Positions 10,871-19,050 are shown, numbered from the stretch's first letter. The stretch is 64,000 nucleotides of DNA from Anaerolineales bacterium (GCA_003105035.1 PQAL01000036.1:72499-136498), one strand, 5' to 3'. Notes: generated from the letters alone by a model not told the origin. Translations and numbers: made by a program.

Positions 10871-11638
10871 ATGAGTAATCCTGAACCTGTGTTTAGCATC
10901 ATCGATCTTGACTTCTTCTACGGGGCTGTTAAAGCGCTACAGCAGATTAATATGGAAGTACAGCCGAACCTCATCACAGCCTTGATTGGTCCGTCGGGCT
11001 GTGGCAAATCGACGTTCTTGCGCTGTCTCAACCGGATGAACGATACCATCCCTGGCACCCATGTTGAAGGCCGAATTTTACTCAATGGGAAAGATATCTA
11101 TGCGCAAGATGTGGATTTAGCCAATCTCCGCCAGCGAGTGGGCATGGTTTTCCAAAAACCCAATCCTTTTCCACAGTCCGTATATGACAACGTGGCCTTC
11201 GGACCTCGCGTCGTGGGTCTCACCAAGGATAAAAAAGAACTTGACAATATTGTTGAGCGAAGTTTACGCCAGGCCGCTCTATGGGACGAAGTCAAAGACC
11301 ACATCAATGAAAATGCAATGGGTTTTTCTCTAGGCGAGCAGCAACGCTTGTGCATCGCCCGTTTACTGGCAGTTCAGCCTGAGGTTATCTTGATGGATGA
11401 ACCTGCATCAGCCCTAGATCCAATTGCAACCACGCATATTGAAGAATTGATTACTGAGCTAAAGAAGGACTACACGATTGTGATCGTTACCCACAACATG
11501 CAACAAGCCGCCCGAGTTTCTGATTTCACGGGGCTGTTTTGGCTCGGTGAATTAATTGAATTCTCACCAACTAATATTATGTTCACGCGCCCTGAAAAAC
11601 AGCTCTCCGAAGACTATATCACCGGTAAGCTTGGGTGA
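10871..11638 (+). CDS. pstB: phosphate ABC transporter ATP-binding protein, second copy (degenerate signature motif)
   Basis: Canonical [43 protein letters not shown] and EDYITGKLG are present. The LSGGQ signature is replaced by [13 protein letters not shown]. The gene is transcribed divergently from pstS. Confidence 0.9.
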   Translation: MSNPEPVFSIIDLDFFYGAVKALQQINMEVQPNLITALIGPSGCGKSTFLRCLNRMNDTIPGTHVEGRILLNGKDIYAQDVDLANLRQRVGMVFQKPNPFPQSVYDNVAFGPRVVGLTKDKKELDNIVERSLRQAALWDEVKDHINENAMGFSLGEQQRLCIARLLAVQPEVILMDEPASALDPIATTHIEELITELKKDYTIVIVTHNMQQAARVSDFTGLFWLGELIEFSPTNIMFTRPEKQLSEDYITGKLG

Positions 11639-11685
11639 ACCTTGCTTTCATCAACTACTGGTATTAATTACTGCTGTTAATTGTT

Positions 11686-11946
11686 TTATCTGGAAGACTT
11701 TTCGAACCAAGTGTCAAGCTCTTTTTCAGTTGGCTCAACCAATATTGAACCGTCGGGAAATACAATGGTAGGTACACTCCGCATCCCATGGTTGGCGGCC
11801 ATAACAAATTGCTCAGCAGCCGGGTCCTTATCGACATCTATCCAGATGTATCTAATAGCATTCCGGTCAAAATACCGACGCACTCGTGAACAATCACCGC
11901 ACCACCAGGTAGCATATATTGTGATTTCTGTTTCCACTATCATCAC
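11686..11946 (-). CDS. glutaredoxin/NrdH-like thioredoxin-fold protein
   Basis: 86 aa with a CxxC site (WCGDC) after beta1 (ITIYAT). The later SVPTIVFPDG cis-Pro motif is typical of the Grx/mycoredoxin fold. Confidence 0.75.
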   Translation of the reverse strand: MMIVETEITIYATWWCGDCSRVRRYFDRNAIRYIWIDVDKDPAAEQFVMAANHGMRSVPTIVFPDGSILVEPTEKELDTWFEKSSR

Positions 11947-12001
11947 CTTTGTGTTCGTTTGGATTTCGAGGATAACTTAAGCAATTTTACCAAATCATTC
12001 C

Positions 12002-12790
12002 ATGATGAAACACTGGTATCTCGGAACGATAGGATTCAGCTATAAGGAATGGGTTGGCCCATTTTATCCAGCGGGCACGACCGCACGCGATTATCTTCCT
12101 TACTACAGCAAAATATTCAACGCTTTGGAGCTCGATACAACCTTTCACTCAATTCCTCCCAGAGCCTCGGTCGAAGGGTGGAACAACACTGTCCCGTTAG
12201 ATTTTAAATTCTGCCCAAAGACACCTCGTTCAGTCACCCACGAGCTGCGATTAAAAGGCGCGGAGGGGATAATGGCTGAATTTTTAGACGCCCTCTCGCC
12301 AATTAAGCAAAAACTCGGGCCAATCCTGATCCAACTTCCACCTAGCTTTCGGCAGGAAAACTATCCCATCCTGCAAAATTTTCTTGAGGCCCTGCCTCAC
12401 ACCTACCGGTATGCAGTCGAATTTCGTCATGCATCGTGGTATAACGATAAAACCACCGAGCTGCTCAGGCGACATCAAGTTGGTTGGGTAGCGGTAGACT
12501 TTCCCAAGATTCCCCGGAAAATTATTCCCACTACCGATTTCATGTTTCTCCGCTGGATTGGCGTGAATGGTATGTATCAGGGTCATTCTTATGAACGAAT
12601 AGACACAACTGGTCAATTACACTGGTGGCTTCAGGCAATGCAGGAGTTTTACCCCCAAATTCCTGTCGTCTATGGTTTTTTTAATAACGATTATGCTGGA
12701 TATGCAGCTGGAACTTGCCAAAGGTTTATGCTCCTGGCTGGCCTGATAGATCCGAGCCAGGATCTTCCCTATCAGGAAAGACTGTTTTAA
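12002..12790 (+). CDS. DUF72 (YecE-like) family protein
   Basis: WYLGTIGFSYKEWVGPFYP, LDTTFHSIP, ILIQLPPSF and AVEFRHASW are the characteristic DUF72 motifs. Confidence 0.85.
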   Translation: MMKHWYLGTIGFSYKEWVGPFYPAGTTARDYLPYYSKIFNALELDTTFHSIPPRASVEGWNNTVPLDFKFCPKTPRSVTHELRLKGAEGIMAEFLDALSPIKQKLGPILIQLPPSFRQENYPILQNFLEALPHTYRYAVEFRHASWYNDKTTELLRRHQVGWVAVDFPKIPRKIIPTTDFMFLRWIGVNGMYQGHSYERIDTTGQLHWWLQAMQEFYPQIPVVYGFFNNDYAGYAAGTCQRFMLLAGLIDPSQDLPYQERLF

Positions 12791-12857
12791 CAGATAGAAT
12801 AAAACATCGGAAATTATTTTCATACTATCGATATCGTATTTCAATGGAGAGTTAATA

Positions 12858-13163
12858 ATGATCGTTGCAATAATCAATATCCATGTCAAACCAGAGTCTG
12901 TGGAGCTATTTAAAGCAGCTACGATCGATAACGCCAGAAATAGCATGAAAGAGCCCGGAGTGATCAGGTTTGATTTTTATCAACAAACCGATGATTCATT
13001 CCGATTTGTGCTCGTTGAAATATACAAGACGGAAGTCGATATCGCTAAACATCGCGACACTGCCCATTATGTGCGTTGGCGCGATAGTGTGGCAGACATG
13101 ATGGTGGAGCCCCGCGCTCGTAATACTTACCATATCGTGTACCCCCCTGAAGCTGAGTGGTAA
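12858..13163 (+). CDS. antibiotic-biosynthesis-monooxygenase (ABM/YgiN-like) domain protein
   Basis: 101 aa with a ferredoxin-like pattern: hydrophobic beta1, EPG(V)IRFDFYQ, and F.LVEIYK..... H..T.HY. Confidence 0.75.
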   Translation: MIVAIINIHVKPESVELFKAATIDNARNSMKEPGVIRFDFYQQTDDSFRFVLVEIYKTEVDIAKHRDTAHYVRWRDSVADMMVEPRARNTYHIVYPPEAEW

Positions 13164-14318
13164 ATGCAGTTCGAATTTACCACTGCTTCTCGCATCATCT
13201 TCGGCCCAGGCAGGATCAGTACCATTCCTGCCCTAATCGAAGAATTCGGGACGCGCATCCTAGTTTTTAATGGGGCACCACCGGATATATCGAACCGCCT
13301 GGTTAAGCTCCTGGCTGACCAACAGATGGAAACCATGATCCTTGCTGTCAAAGGTGAACCGACGGTTGCATCCATTCAAGAGCTTGTAGAAATGGCACGC
13401 CAATTTTTCCCCGACGGTCTGATTGCCATCGGAGGTGGAAGCACGTTGGATACCGCTAAGGCTGTTTCAGCTTTATTGACCAATCCAGGTGATGTTAGTG
13501 ACTATTTAGAAGTTATTGGCCTTAATCTTCCACTTAAATTACCTTCCATTCCATTGGTAGCGATTCCTACCACAGCCGGCACGGGTACCGAAGTCACCCG
13601 CAATGCCGTCATAGGTTCATCAACCCATAGAGTCAAAGTAAGCCTGCGGAGCCAATACCTTTTGCCACGTATTGCCCTCATTGACCCAGAGCTCACCCTA
13701 TCTCTACCACCATTCATCACCGCCAGCACCGGATTGGATGCCCTCACCCAACTGATCGAGCCATATACCAGCAATAGCCCTAACCCGCTGACGGATGCAG
13801 TCTGCGTCGAAGGGATTCGCAGAATCGCGCATGCAATTAAACGTGCTTTTGAGCATGGTGAGGATCTTGAAGCACGCCAGGATATGTCATTAGCAACTTT
13901 AATGAGTGGAATTGCCCTGGCAAATTCCAGACTGGGAGCTGTGCACGGTTTCGCCGGGCCGATCGGTGGTGAAATCGCTGCTCCACACGGTGCGGTGTGT
14001 GCCAGTTTATTAGCTGAGGTTATGTCAGCTAATATGCAGGCGTTGCTCGAGCGCGACTCACAGAACCCCGTGCTTGAGCGCTACACCCGGATTGCCAGGT
14101 TGCTCACCGGCAATCCAGCTGCATTTGCCGATGATGGTATCGCCTGGGTGCGTGATTTTTGTGACTACGCTGGCGTGCAACCATTATCAAAACTTGGCTT
14201 ATCTCTGGAGCTATTTCCTCTAATCATTGAAAAAGCACAAAAATCGAGCAGTATGAAGGGCAATCCAGTGCTACTTACAGTTAACGAATTACGTAGTATA
14301 TTAGAGACATCCATGTAA
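13164..14318 (+). CDS. iron-containing (type III) alcohol dehydrogenase family protein
   Basis: 384 aa with GGGSTLDTAKA, AIPTTAGTGTEVT and the GAVHG/APHG histidine motifs. TAAATG stop-start coupling links it to the preceding ABM gene. Confidence 0.85.
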   Translation: MQFEFTTASRIIFGPGRISTIPALIEEFGTRILVFNGAPPDISNRLVKLLADQQMETMILAVKGEPTVASIQELVEMARQFFPDGLIAIGGGSTLDTAKAVSALLTNPGDVSDYLEVIGLNLPLKLPSIPLVAIPTTAGTGTEVTRNAVIGSSTHRVKVSLRSQYLLPRIALIDPELTLSLPPFITASTGLDALTQLIEPYTSNSPNPLTDAVCVEGIRRIAHAIKRAFEHGEDLEARQDMSLATLMSGIALANSRLGAVHGFAGPIGGEIAAPHGAVCASLLAEVMSANMQALLERDSQNPVLERYTRIARLLTGNPAAFADDGIAWVRDFCDYAGVQPLSKLGLSLELFPLIIEKAQKSSSMKGNPVLLTVNELRSILETSM

Positions 14319-14381
14319 TCAATGGTCGTATTCACTTGTCCGCATACATGAACAGATGTAAACTAACGTCTGGAGGTGAAC

Positions 14382-14786
14382 ATGAGTACAGGAAGAACGC
14401 TTTCATATGTTGCTGCAGTGCTCCTAATCCTCATCGGTGTGGTGTCGCTGTTCATCGGTATCATCTTCATCTGGGGTAGTGCGAGTGCTAATGCTCAACC
14501 AGGTTGGGTGGCCATCGGCCTGGTCTCGGCCGCCATTGGTATCGTCTTGATCGGTGGAGGGGCCTATTTAATATCACTTGCCGGCCGAGGTAAAATGGGA
14601 GCCCCGACACAGAACGTCACGTATAAAGTTGATCTACCAGCCAATGTATCAATGGATACCTTGAAATGCAAATCTTGCGGTGGGTCTTTAACCATGGACA
14701 ATATCACCATGGTTGCTGGTGCACCAGTGGTAAACTGCCCGTATTGTCACAGCACCTATCAATTAACAGAAGAACCTAAATGGTGA
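14382..14786 (+). CDS. small membrane protein: two TM helices plus C-terminal CxxC...CxxC zinc ribbon
   Basis: GGAGG lies 5 nt upstream of ATG 14382 (the track starts at GTG 14376). The hydrophobic helices are LSYVAAVLLILIGVVSLFIGIIFIW and WVAIGLVSAAIGIVLIGGGAYLISL. The C-terminal ribbon reads CKSCGG...CPYCHSTY. Confidence 0.65.
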   Translation: MSTGRTLSYVAAVLLILIGVVSLFIGIIFIWGSASANAQPGWVAIGLVSAAIGIVLIGGGAYLISLAGRGKMGAPTQNVTYKVDLPANVSMDTLKCKSCGGSLTMDNITMVAGAPVVNCPYCHSTYQLTEEPKW

Positions 14787-14847
14787 AATTAATTGTTATT
14801 GAGGTGTCATGACCGGTTCACATAGGAATAGGTTTTCCGGAGGCTAT

Positions 14848-16512
14848 ATGCGTAAACTTTTTATTTCTTTCTCGTTATTATTATGCCTGTTAGTGTGGAT
14901 ATCCTCCCCGGCTCTTGCTCAGACGTATTCCTACACATTACCTAAGGAAACGGTGGATGTTTATTGGAATTCTGACGGCACACTTTCACTGGACTATACC
15001 TATATCTTTACCAACGATCCTTCCGGACCAACAATAGAGTATGTGGATCTTGGTTTACCGAACAACAATTTTTCAATTAACGATATCAGCGCATCCATAA
15101 ACGGCAACCCTGTGTATGATATTTCAACGTCAGGTTTCCAAGGGGAAGGCTGTTGCGGTGTGGCGATCGGCCTTGGTCAGTATTCGGTTCCACCTGGCTC
15201 ATCTGGCACTTTTCAAGCACATGTCAGCAATATTACCGGTGTCCTTGATACCGATACCGAGGATAGCAGCTATGCCAGTGCGGTTTTTGCTCCGAATTAC
15301 TTCGGTGGAAAGATCCATGGCAATACCGATGTGATCGTTACGTTTCATCTGCCCCCCGGGGTTAAACCTGAAGAGCCCAAGTGGCATCCCGCTCCGTCAG
15401 GTTTCCCCGAGACGCCGGTTACAGCGACGGATAGCGAAGGCCGAATTATATATGAATGGGAAAATCAAAATGCTAATGGTCACACATTTTATTTGTTCGG
15501 TGCATCCTTCCCCAAGAGTTACGTACCTGCAGATGCCATCGTAAAGATAGAACCAACAACTCCGTCGGGTTCAAGTGGGCTGAGTAATTTTATAAGCAGT
15601 GCCTTATTGCCTATCTTGTGCATAGGCGGCTTCATCGCCATTGTTGTCAGCGGTATATCATCCAGCCGGAATCGAAAGTTATCATATCTGCCGCCCAAGA
15701 TATCCATTGAGGGTCATGGGATCAAGCGCGGATTGACTGCAGTAGAAGCAGCAATTTTATTGGAAGAACCCCTGGACAAGATCATGACCATGATCCTGTT
15801 TAGCACAATCAAAAAGGAAGCAGCAGAGGTGGTCACGCGCGACCCGCTAGAAGTTAAAGTCTCCGACCCATTGCCAGAAGGTGTCCAATCCTATGAAAAG
15901 GATTTTCTCGAAGCCTTCAAAACCAAAGACCCAGTTGTTCGTCGAAAAGCGATGCGTGATATGGTGGTAAGCCTGGTCAGGAATGTATCGGAAAAAATGA
16001 AGGGGTTCAGCCGACAGGAGACAGTAGCATACTACAAGGACATAACCAAGCGTGCCTGGGAACAGGTGGAAGCTGCAGCGACCCCTGAAGTTAAAAGCGC
16101 GAAGTACGAAGAAGTTATGGAATGGACGATGCTGGACAAGAACTACAATGACCGAACAGAAGATGTATTTCGGCATACACCCGTCTTCATCCCAACCTGG
16201 TGGGGCCATTACGATCCTACGTTTGGTAAGGTTGGGACTTCAGCCGGCGCACCAATCTCAACTGGTGGATCCCATAGTGTCCCAGGTGCGGATTTTGCTG
16301 CTTCGATGGCCGCCGGAGTCCAAACCTTCTCGTCCAAAGCCGTTGGCAGCATCACTGATTTCACCTCCAGCATTACTCAGGTCACAAATCCGCCTCCAAA
16401 ACCTTCAACAAGTACCTACCGAAGCAGCGGAGGTGGTGGGCACAGTTGTGCTTGCGCCTGTGCTTGCGCTTGCGCTGGTTGTGCGTGTGCTTGTGCTGGT
16501 GGCGGTCGTTAG
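14848..16512 (+). CDS. signal-peptide/single-TM, DUF2207-like membrane protein with a C-terminal (Cys-Ala)n tail
   Basis: From M at 14848 the sequence MRKLFISFSLLLCLLVWISSPALA|Q looks like an SPase I signal. The ecto-domain begins YSYTLPKETVDVYWNSDGTLSLDYTYIF (DUF2207-like pattern). One TM helix (LLPILCIGGFIAIVVSGI) is followed by SSSRNRK, consistent with positive-inside. A cytoplasmic domain of about 280 aa (GLTAVEAAILLEEPLDKIMTMILF...) ends in GGGGHSCACACACACAGCACACAGGGR*. Confidence 0.8.
   Translation: MRKLFISFSLLLCLLVWISSPALAQTYSYTLPKETVDVYWNSDGTLSLDYTYIFTNDPSGPTIEYVDLGLPNNNFSINDISASINGNPVYDISTSGFQGEGCCGVAIGLGQYSVPPGSSGTFQAHVSNITGVLDTDTEDSSYASAVFAPNYFGGKIHGNTDVIVTFHLPPGVKPEEPKWHPAPSGFPETPVTATDSEGRIIYEWENQNANGHTFYLFGASFPKSYVPADAIVKIEPTTPSGSSGLSNFISSALLPILCIGGFIAIVVSGISSSRNRKLSYLPPKISIEGHGIKRGLTAVEAAILLEEPLDKIMTMILFSTIKKEAAEVVTRDPLEVKVSDPLPEGVQSYEKDFLEAFKTKDPVVRRKAMRDMVVSLVRNVSEKMKGFSRQETVAYYKDITKRAWEQVEAAATPEVKSAKYEEVMEWTMLDKNYNDRTEDVFRHTPVFIPTWWGHYDPTFGKVGTSAGAPISTGGSHSVPGADFAASMAAGVQTFSSKAVGSITDFTSSITQVTNPPPKPSTSTYRSSGGGGHSCACACACACAGCACACAGGGR
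16447..16497 (+). repeat. coding low-complexity tract (TGY-GCN)5-GGT-(TGY-GCN)3 = CACACACACA-G-CACACA
   Basis: Read directly: tgt gct tgc gcc tgt gct tgc gct tgc gct ggt tgt gcg tgt gct tgt gct. Gly codons flank it, and the stop is at 16510-16512. Confidence 0.95.
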
Positions 16513-16532
16513 GATTTCTCAGGTAATCTTTT

Positions 16533-17918
16533 GTGAATGCCTTTAATTCCCTGATCAAGAAGATCCAGGTCCGGGTTGGGTATAACGATAGGCTTCCTCA
16601 ACCCGGTCTATACCATTATGATCGCCAGGATAATGGTGAGAGATCCCGCATCCATTTACGTGTTGACCCGGATGGTACTGGTTTATTGATCGTGAATGCC
16701 AGCCGGATTATGCATCTCAACCCCACCGCAGCCTCAATGGCTTACCTGATCCTGGAAGACACGCCTCAACAAGCAGCCACACGTTCTCTTGCTCATTTGT
16801 ATCACGCCCGTAAAGAAACAATTGTTAATGACTATGCGCAAACTGCCGAGAAATTGCATGAGCTGATCAGGCCGGATGGTGCCTGCCCCATTCATGAGCT
16901 CGACCTTGAGGTCACGGCACCTTTCTCCACCCGCCCTTCTGCTCCATACCGCATGGACCTGGCTATCACCTACCGTTGTAATAATGATTGCTCTCATTGC
17001 TACAATGCTCGCCCCCGCGATTATCCAGAGCTTTCAACTCGAACCTGGCACCAGGTTCTCGACAAGCTATGGGCGATTGGCATCCCCCACGTGGTATTTA
17101 CCGGCGGAGAGCCTACCCTGCGTAAGGATCTACCTGAGCTGATCGCTCATGCAGAACAAAATGGCCAGATCACAGGGATCAATACGAATGGAAGGCGATT
17201 ATCCGATCGAAATTATGTTGACCGGCTGGTGGAAGCAGGCCTGGATCATGTGCAGATCACGCTCGAATCACATTCTGCAGAGGTCCATGACTCCATGGTC
17301 CACTCGCCTGGTGCCTGGAAACAGACTGTGGCTGGGATCCGCAATGTGCTGGAATCACCTCTTTATGTGATGACCAACACCACGATGCTCACCACGAACA
17401 GCCCCACATTATCCCAAACGCTGGAATTCCTGGCAGAGTTGGGAGTTCCTACGGTTGGCTTGAATGCCTTGATCTACTCTGGTCGGGGTCGAACCGTTGA
17501 TAGTGGCCTGGCTGAAAACAAGCTCCACAGCCTGCTTGAATTGGCCAGGGAGAGCACCAACATTCATCAACAGCGCCTGATCTGGTATACGCCTACCCAA
17601 TATTGCCATTTTGATCCTATGCAGTTTGAATTGGGCGTAAAAGGTTGCACTGCGGCCCTTTATAACATGTGTGTCGAGCCCGATGGTTCAGTTATACCCT
17701 GCCAGTCCTATTATCAATCCCTGGGTAATATCCTATCCAACGAGTGGAAGGATATTTGGAACCACAAACTATCCATACGGCTCCGTGAACGTCAAGACAT
17801 CCCTGAGAAATGTGTACCCTGTTCATTGTTATCAGAGTGTGGGGGTGGCTGCCCCCTGGCAATCATTTCTGGCGAGGCAAATTCGGTTTTAGGAGGAGAA
17901 AATGACCAGCATAATTGA
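16533..17918 (+). CDS. radical SAM/SPASM-domain enzyme with N-terminal PqqD/RRE-like extension
   Basis: The GTG start is supported by N-terminal similarity to the downstream paralogue. The CX3CX2C motif reads AITYRCNNDCSHCYN (Cys codons 16977-17000). The SAM motif is FTGGEPTL. The SPASM pattern is GCTAALYNMCVEPDGSVIPCQ...LGNI...CVPCSLLSECGGGCP. N-terminal residues ~45-95 (GLLIVNASRIMHLNPTAASMAYLILEDTPQQAATRSLAHLY) resemble a PqqD-like peptide-recognition element. Confidence 0.85.
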   Translation: MNAFNSLIKKIQVRVGYNDRLPQPGLYHYDRQDNGERSRIHLRVDPDGTGLLIVNASRIMHLNPTAASMAYLILEDTPQQAATRSLAHLYHARKETIVNDYAQTAEKLHELIRPDGACPIHELDLEVTAPFSTRPSAPYRMDLAITYRCNNDCSHCYNARPRDYPELSTRTWHQVLDKLWAIGIPHVVFTGGEPTLRKDLPELIAHAEQNGQITGINTNGRRLSDRNYVDRLVEAGLDHVQITLESHSAEVHDSMVHSPGAWKQTVAGIRNVLESPLYVMTNTTMLTTNSPTLSQTLEFLAELGVPTVGLNALIYSGRGRTVDSGLAENKLHSLLELARESTNIHQQRLIWYTPTQYCHFDPMQFELGVKGCTAALYNMCVEPDGSVIPCQSYYQSLGNILSNEWKDIWNHKLSIRLRERQDIPEKCVPCSLLSECGGGCPLAIISGEANSVLGGENDQHN

Positions 17919-19050
17919 TTCAATCAAGAGACTCTTCACCAAGGAAACCCCTCTTCCTCCTGGGATTTACCATTATCAGGCTCCGCCTGATGCCCCTACC
18001 CCATACCGCTTGCACCTACGCCTGGAGCCGGATGGGACTGGTCTGCTGATTGTCAATGCATCGACTATCCTGCACCTTAATCAGACTGCGGCGGAACTTG
18101 CCTATCACATGATTATTCAGACCCCTGAAAACCAGGTTGCGGATGAAGTCGTCGCTCGCTACCGGGTAAATCGCCAGCAAGCTCTCCAGGATTATCAATC
18201 TCTTAACGAACGTATCCATACCCTGATCAACACTCCTGATCTCGACCCAGAAATGTTCCTTGATTTCGAACGCACTACCCCACATACTCAAAAAACCTCC
18301 GCACCCTTCCGCCTGGATTGTGCATTAACGTATCGATTACCTGAAGGTGCAATGACAGCTTCTTTTCGCCCTCCCAGGCACATTAACCAGGAGCTGACCA
18401 CCCAGGAGTGGTGCAGCATTTTCGATAAGGCATGGACCGTAGGGATCCCACATATTATCCTTACGGGTGGTGAGCCGACCTTACGAGAAGATTTACCCGC
18501 ATTAATCGCCCACACTGAAGCAAATGGCCAGGTGGTAGGGTTATTGAGTGATGGGTTAATACTGTCGAATAATGCTTACCTCCAAGAACTCCTACAGACC
18601 GGGCTAGATCATTTGATGTTATCTCTTAATCCCGATGATGAGAGATCGTGGCAAGCACTCAATAACGCACTATCCGCTGACCTGTTTGTGGCTGTCCACC
18701 ATACGATGACTCTTCAGAATGCGGATTCAACTCAGCAGATTCTAGAGAAAATTGCGAAAGCAGGCGTAAAAGCCATTTCGCTTACCGCAGCCGACTCAAC
18801 CTTACACGCCCTGTTGGAGACTTCCCGTAATCAAGCAGCTTCATTGGGCATGACACTTATCTGGGATTTACCAGTACCGTATTCTGCCTTCAACCCGATT
18901 GCCCTGGAGGTGCAGGAAGATGAGGTACCAACTGCCGCAGGACAAGCATGGTTATATATCGAACCCGATGGGGATGTTTTACCAGCCCAGGGGGTCAATC
19001 AGGTGCACGGAAATATCCTGCGTGATCCGTGGGATAAACTGTGGCGGTAA
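17902..19050 (+). CDS. radical-SAM-fold paralogue lacking all Fe-S cluster cysteines (probable non-catalytic partner)
   Basis: A strong AGGAGG lies 5 nt upstream of the ATG, and the gene overlaps the preceding gene by 17 nt. It is collinear with the upstream enzyme (PGIYHY, GLLIVNASTILHLNQTAAELAYHMI, SAPFRLD, LTGGEPTLREDLPALIAHTEANGQ, GLDHL). The CX3CX2C position reads ALTYRLPEGAMTASF, the SPASM cysteines are absent, and the whole protein has only 2 Cys. Confidence 0.8.
   Translation: MTSIIDSIKRLFTKETPLPPGIYHYQAPPDAPTPYRLHLRLEPDGTGLLIVNASTILHLNQTAAELAYHMIIQTPENQVADEVVARYRVNRQQALQDYQSLNERIHTLINTPDLDPEMFLDFERTTPHTQKTSAPFRLDCALTYRLPEGAMTASFRPPRHINQELTTQEWCSIFDKAWTVGIPHIILTGGEPTLREDLPALIAHTEANGQVVGLLSDGLILSNNAYLQELLQTGLDHLMLSLNPDDERSWQALNNALSADLFVAVHHTMTLQNADSTQQILEKIAKAGVKAISLTAADSTLHALLETSRNQAASLGMTLIWDLPVPYSAFNPIALEVQEDEVPTAAGQAWLYIEPDGDVLPAQGVNQVHGNILRDPWDKLWR

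Noticed and set aside
12617-12946. 109-aa minus-strand ORF bridging the DUF72 and ABM genes.
   Set aside because: It overlaps both well-supported plus-strand genes and its product is hydrophobic low-complexity sequence from AT-rich DNA. It is probably spurious.
16447-16497. Possibility that the TGYGCN repeat is a CRISPR-like or non-coding tandem repeat.
   Set aside because: It is only 51 nt long, has no spacers, and is in frame at the end of a long ORF immediately before the stop codon. It is a coding low-complexity tail.
16052-16546. Alternative-frame ORF across the Cys-Ala tract giving a Val/Leu/Ala-rich peptide (..VLAPVLALALVVRVLVLVAVV..).
   Set aside because: It is embedded in the 3' part of the well-supported 14848-16512 gene and has no RBS. 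The Cys-Ala frame is continuous with 550 upstream codons. It is a frame artefact of the hexanucleotide repeat.
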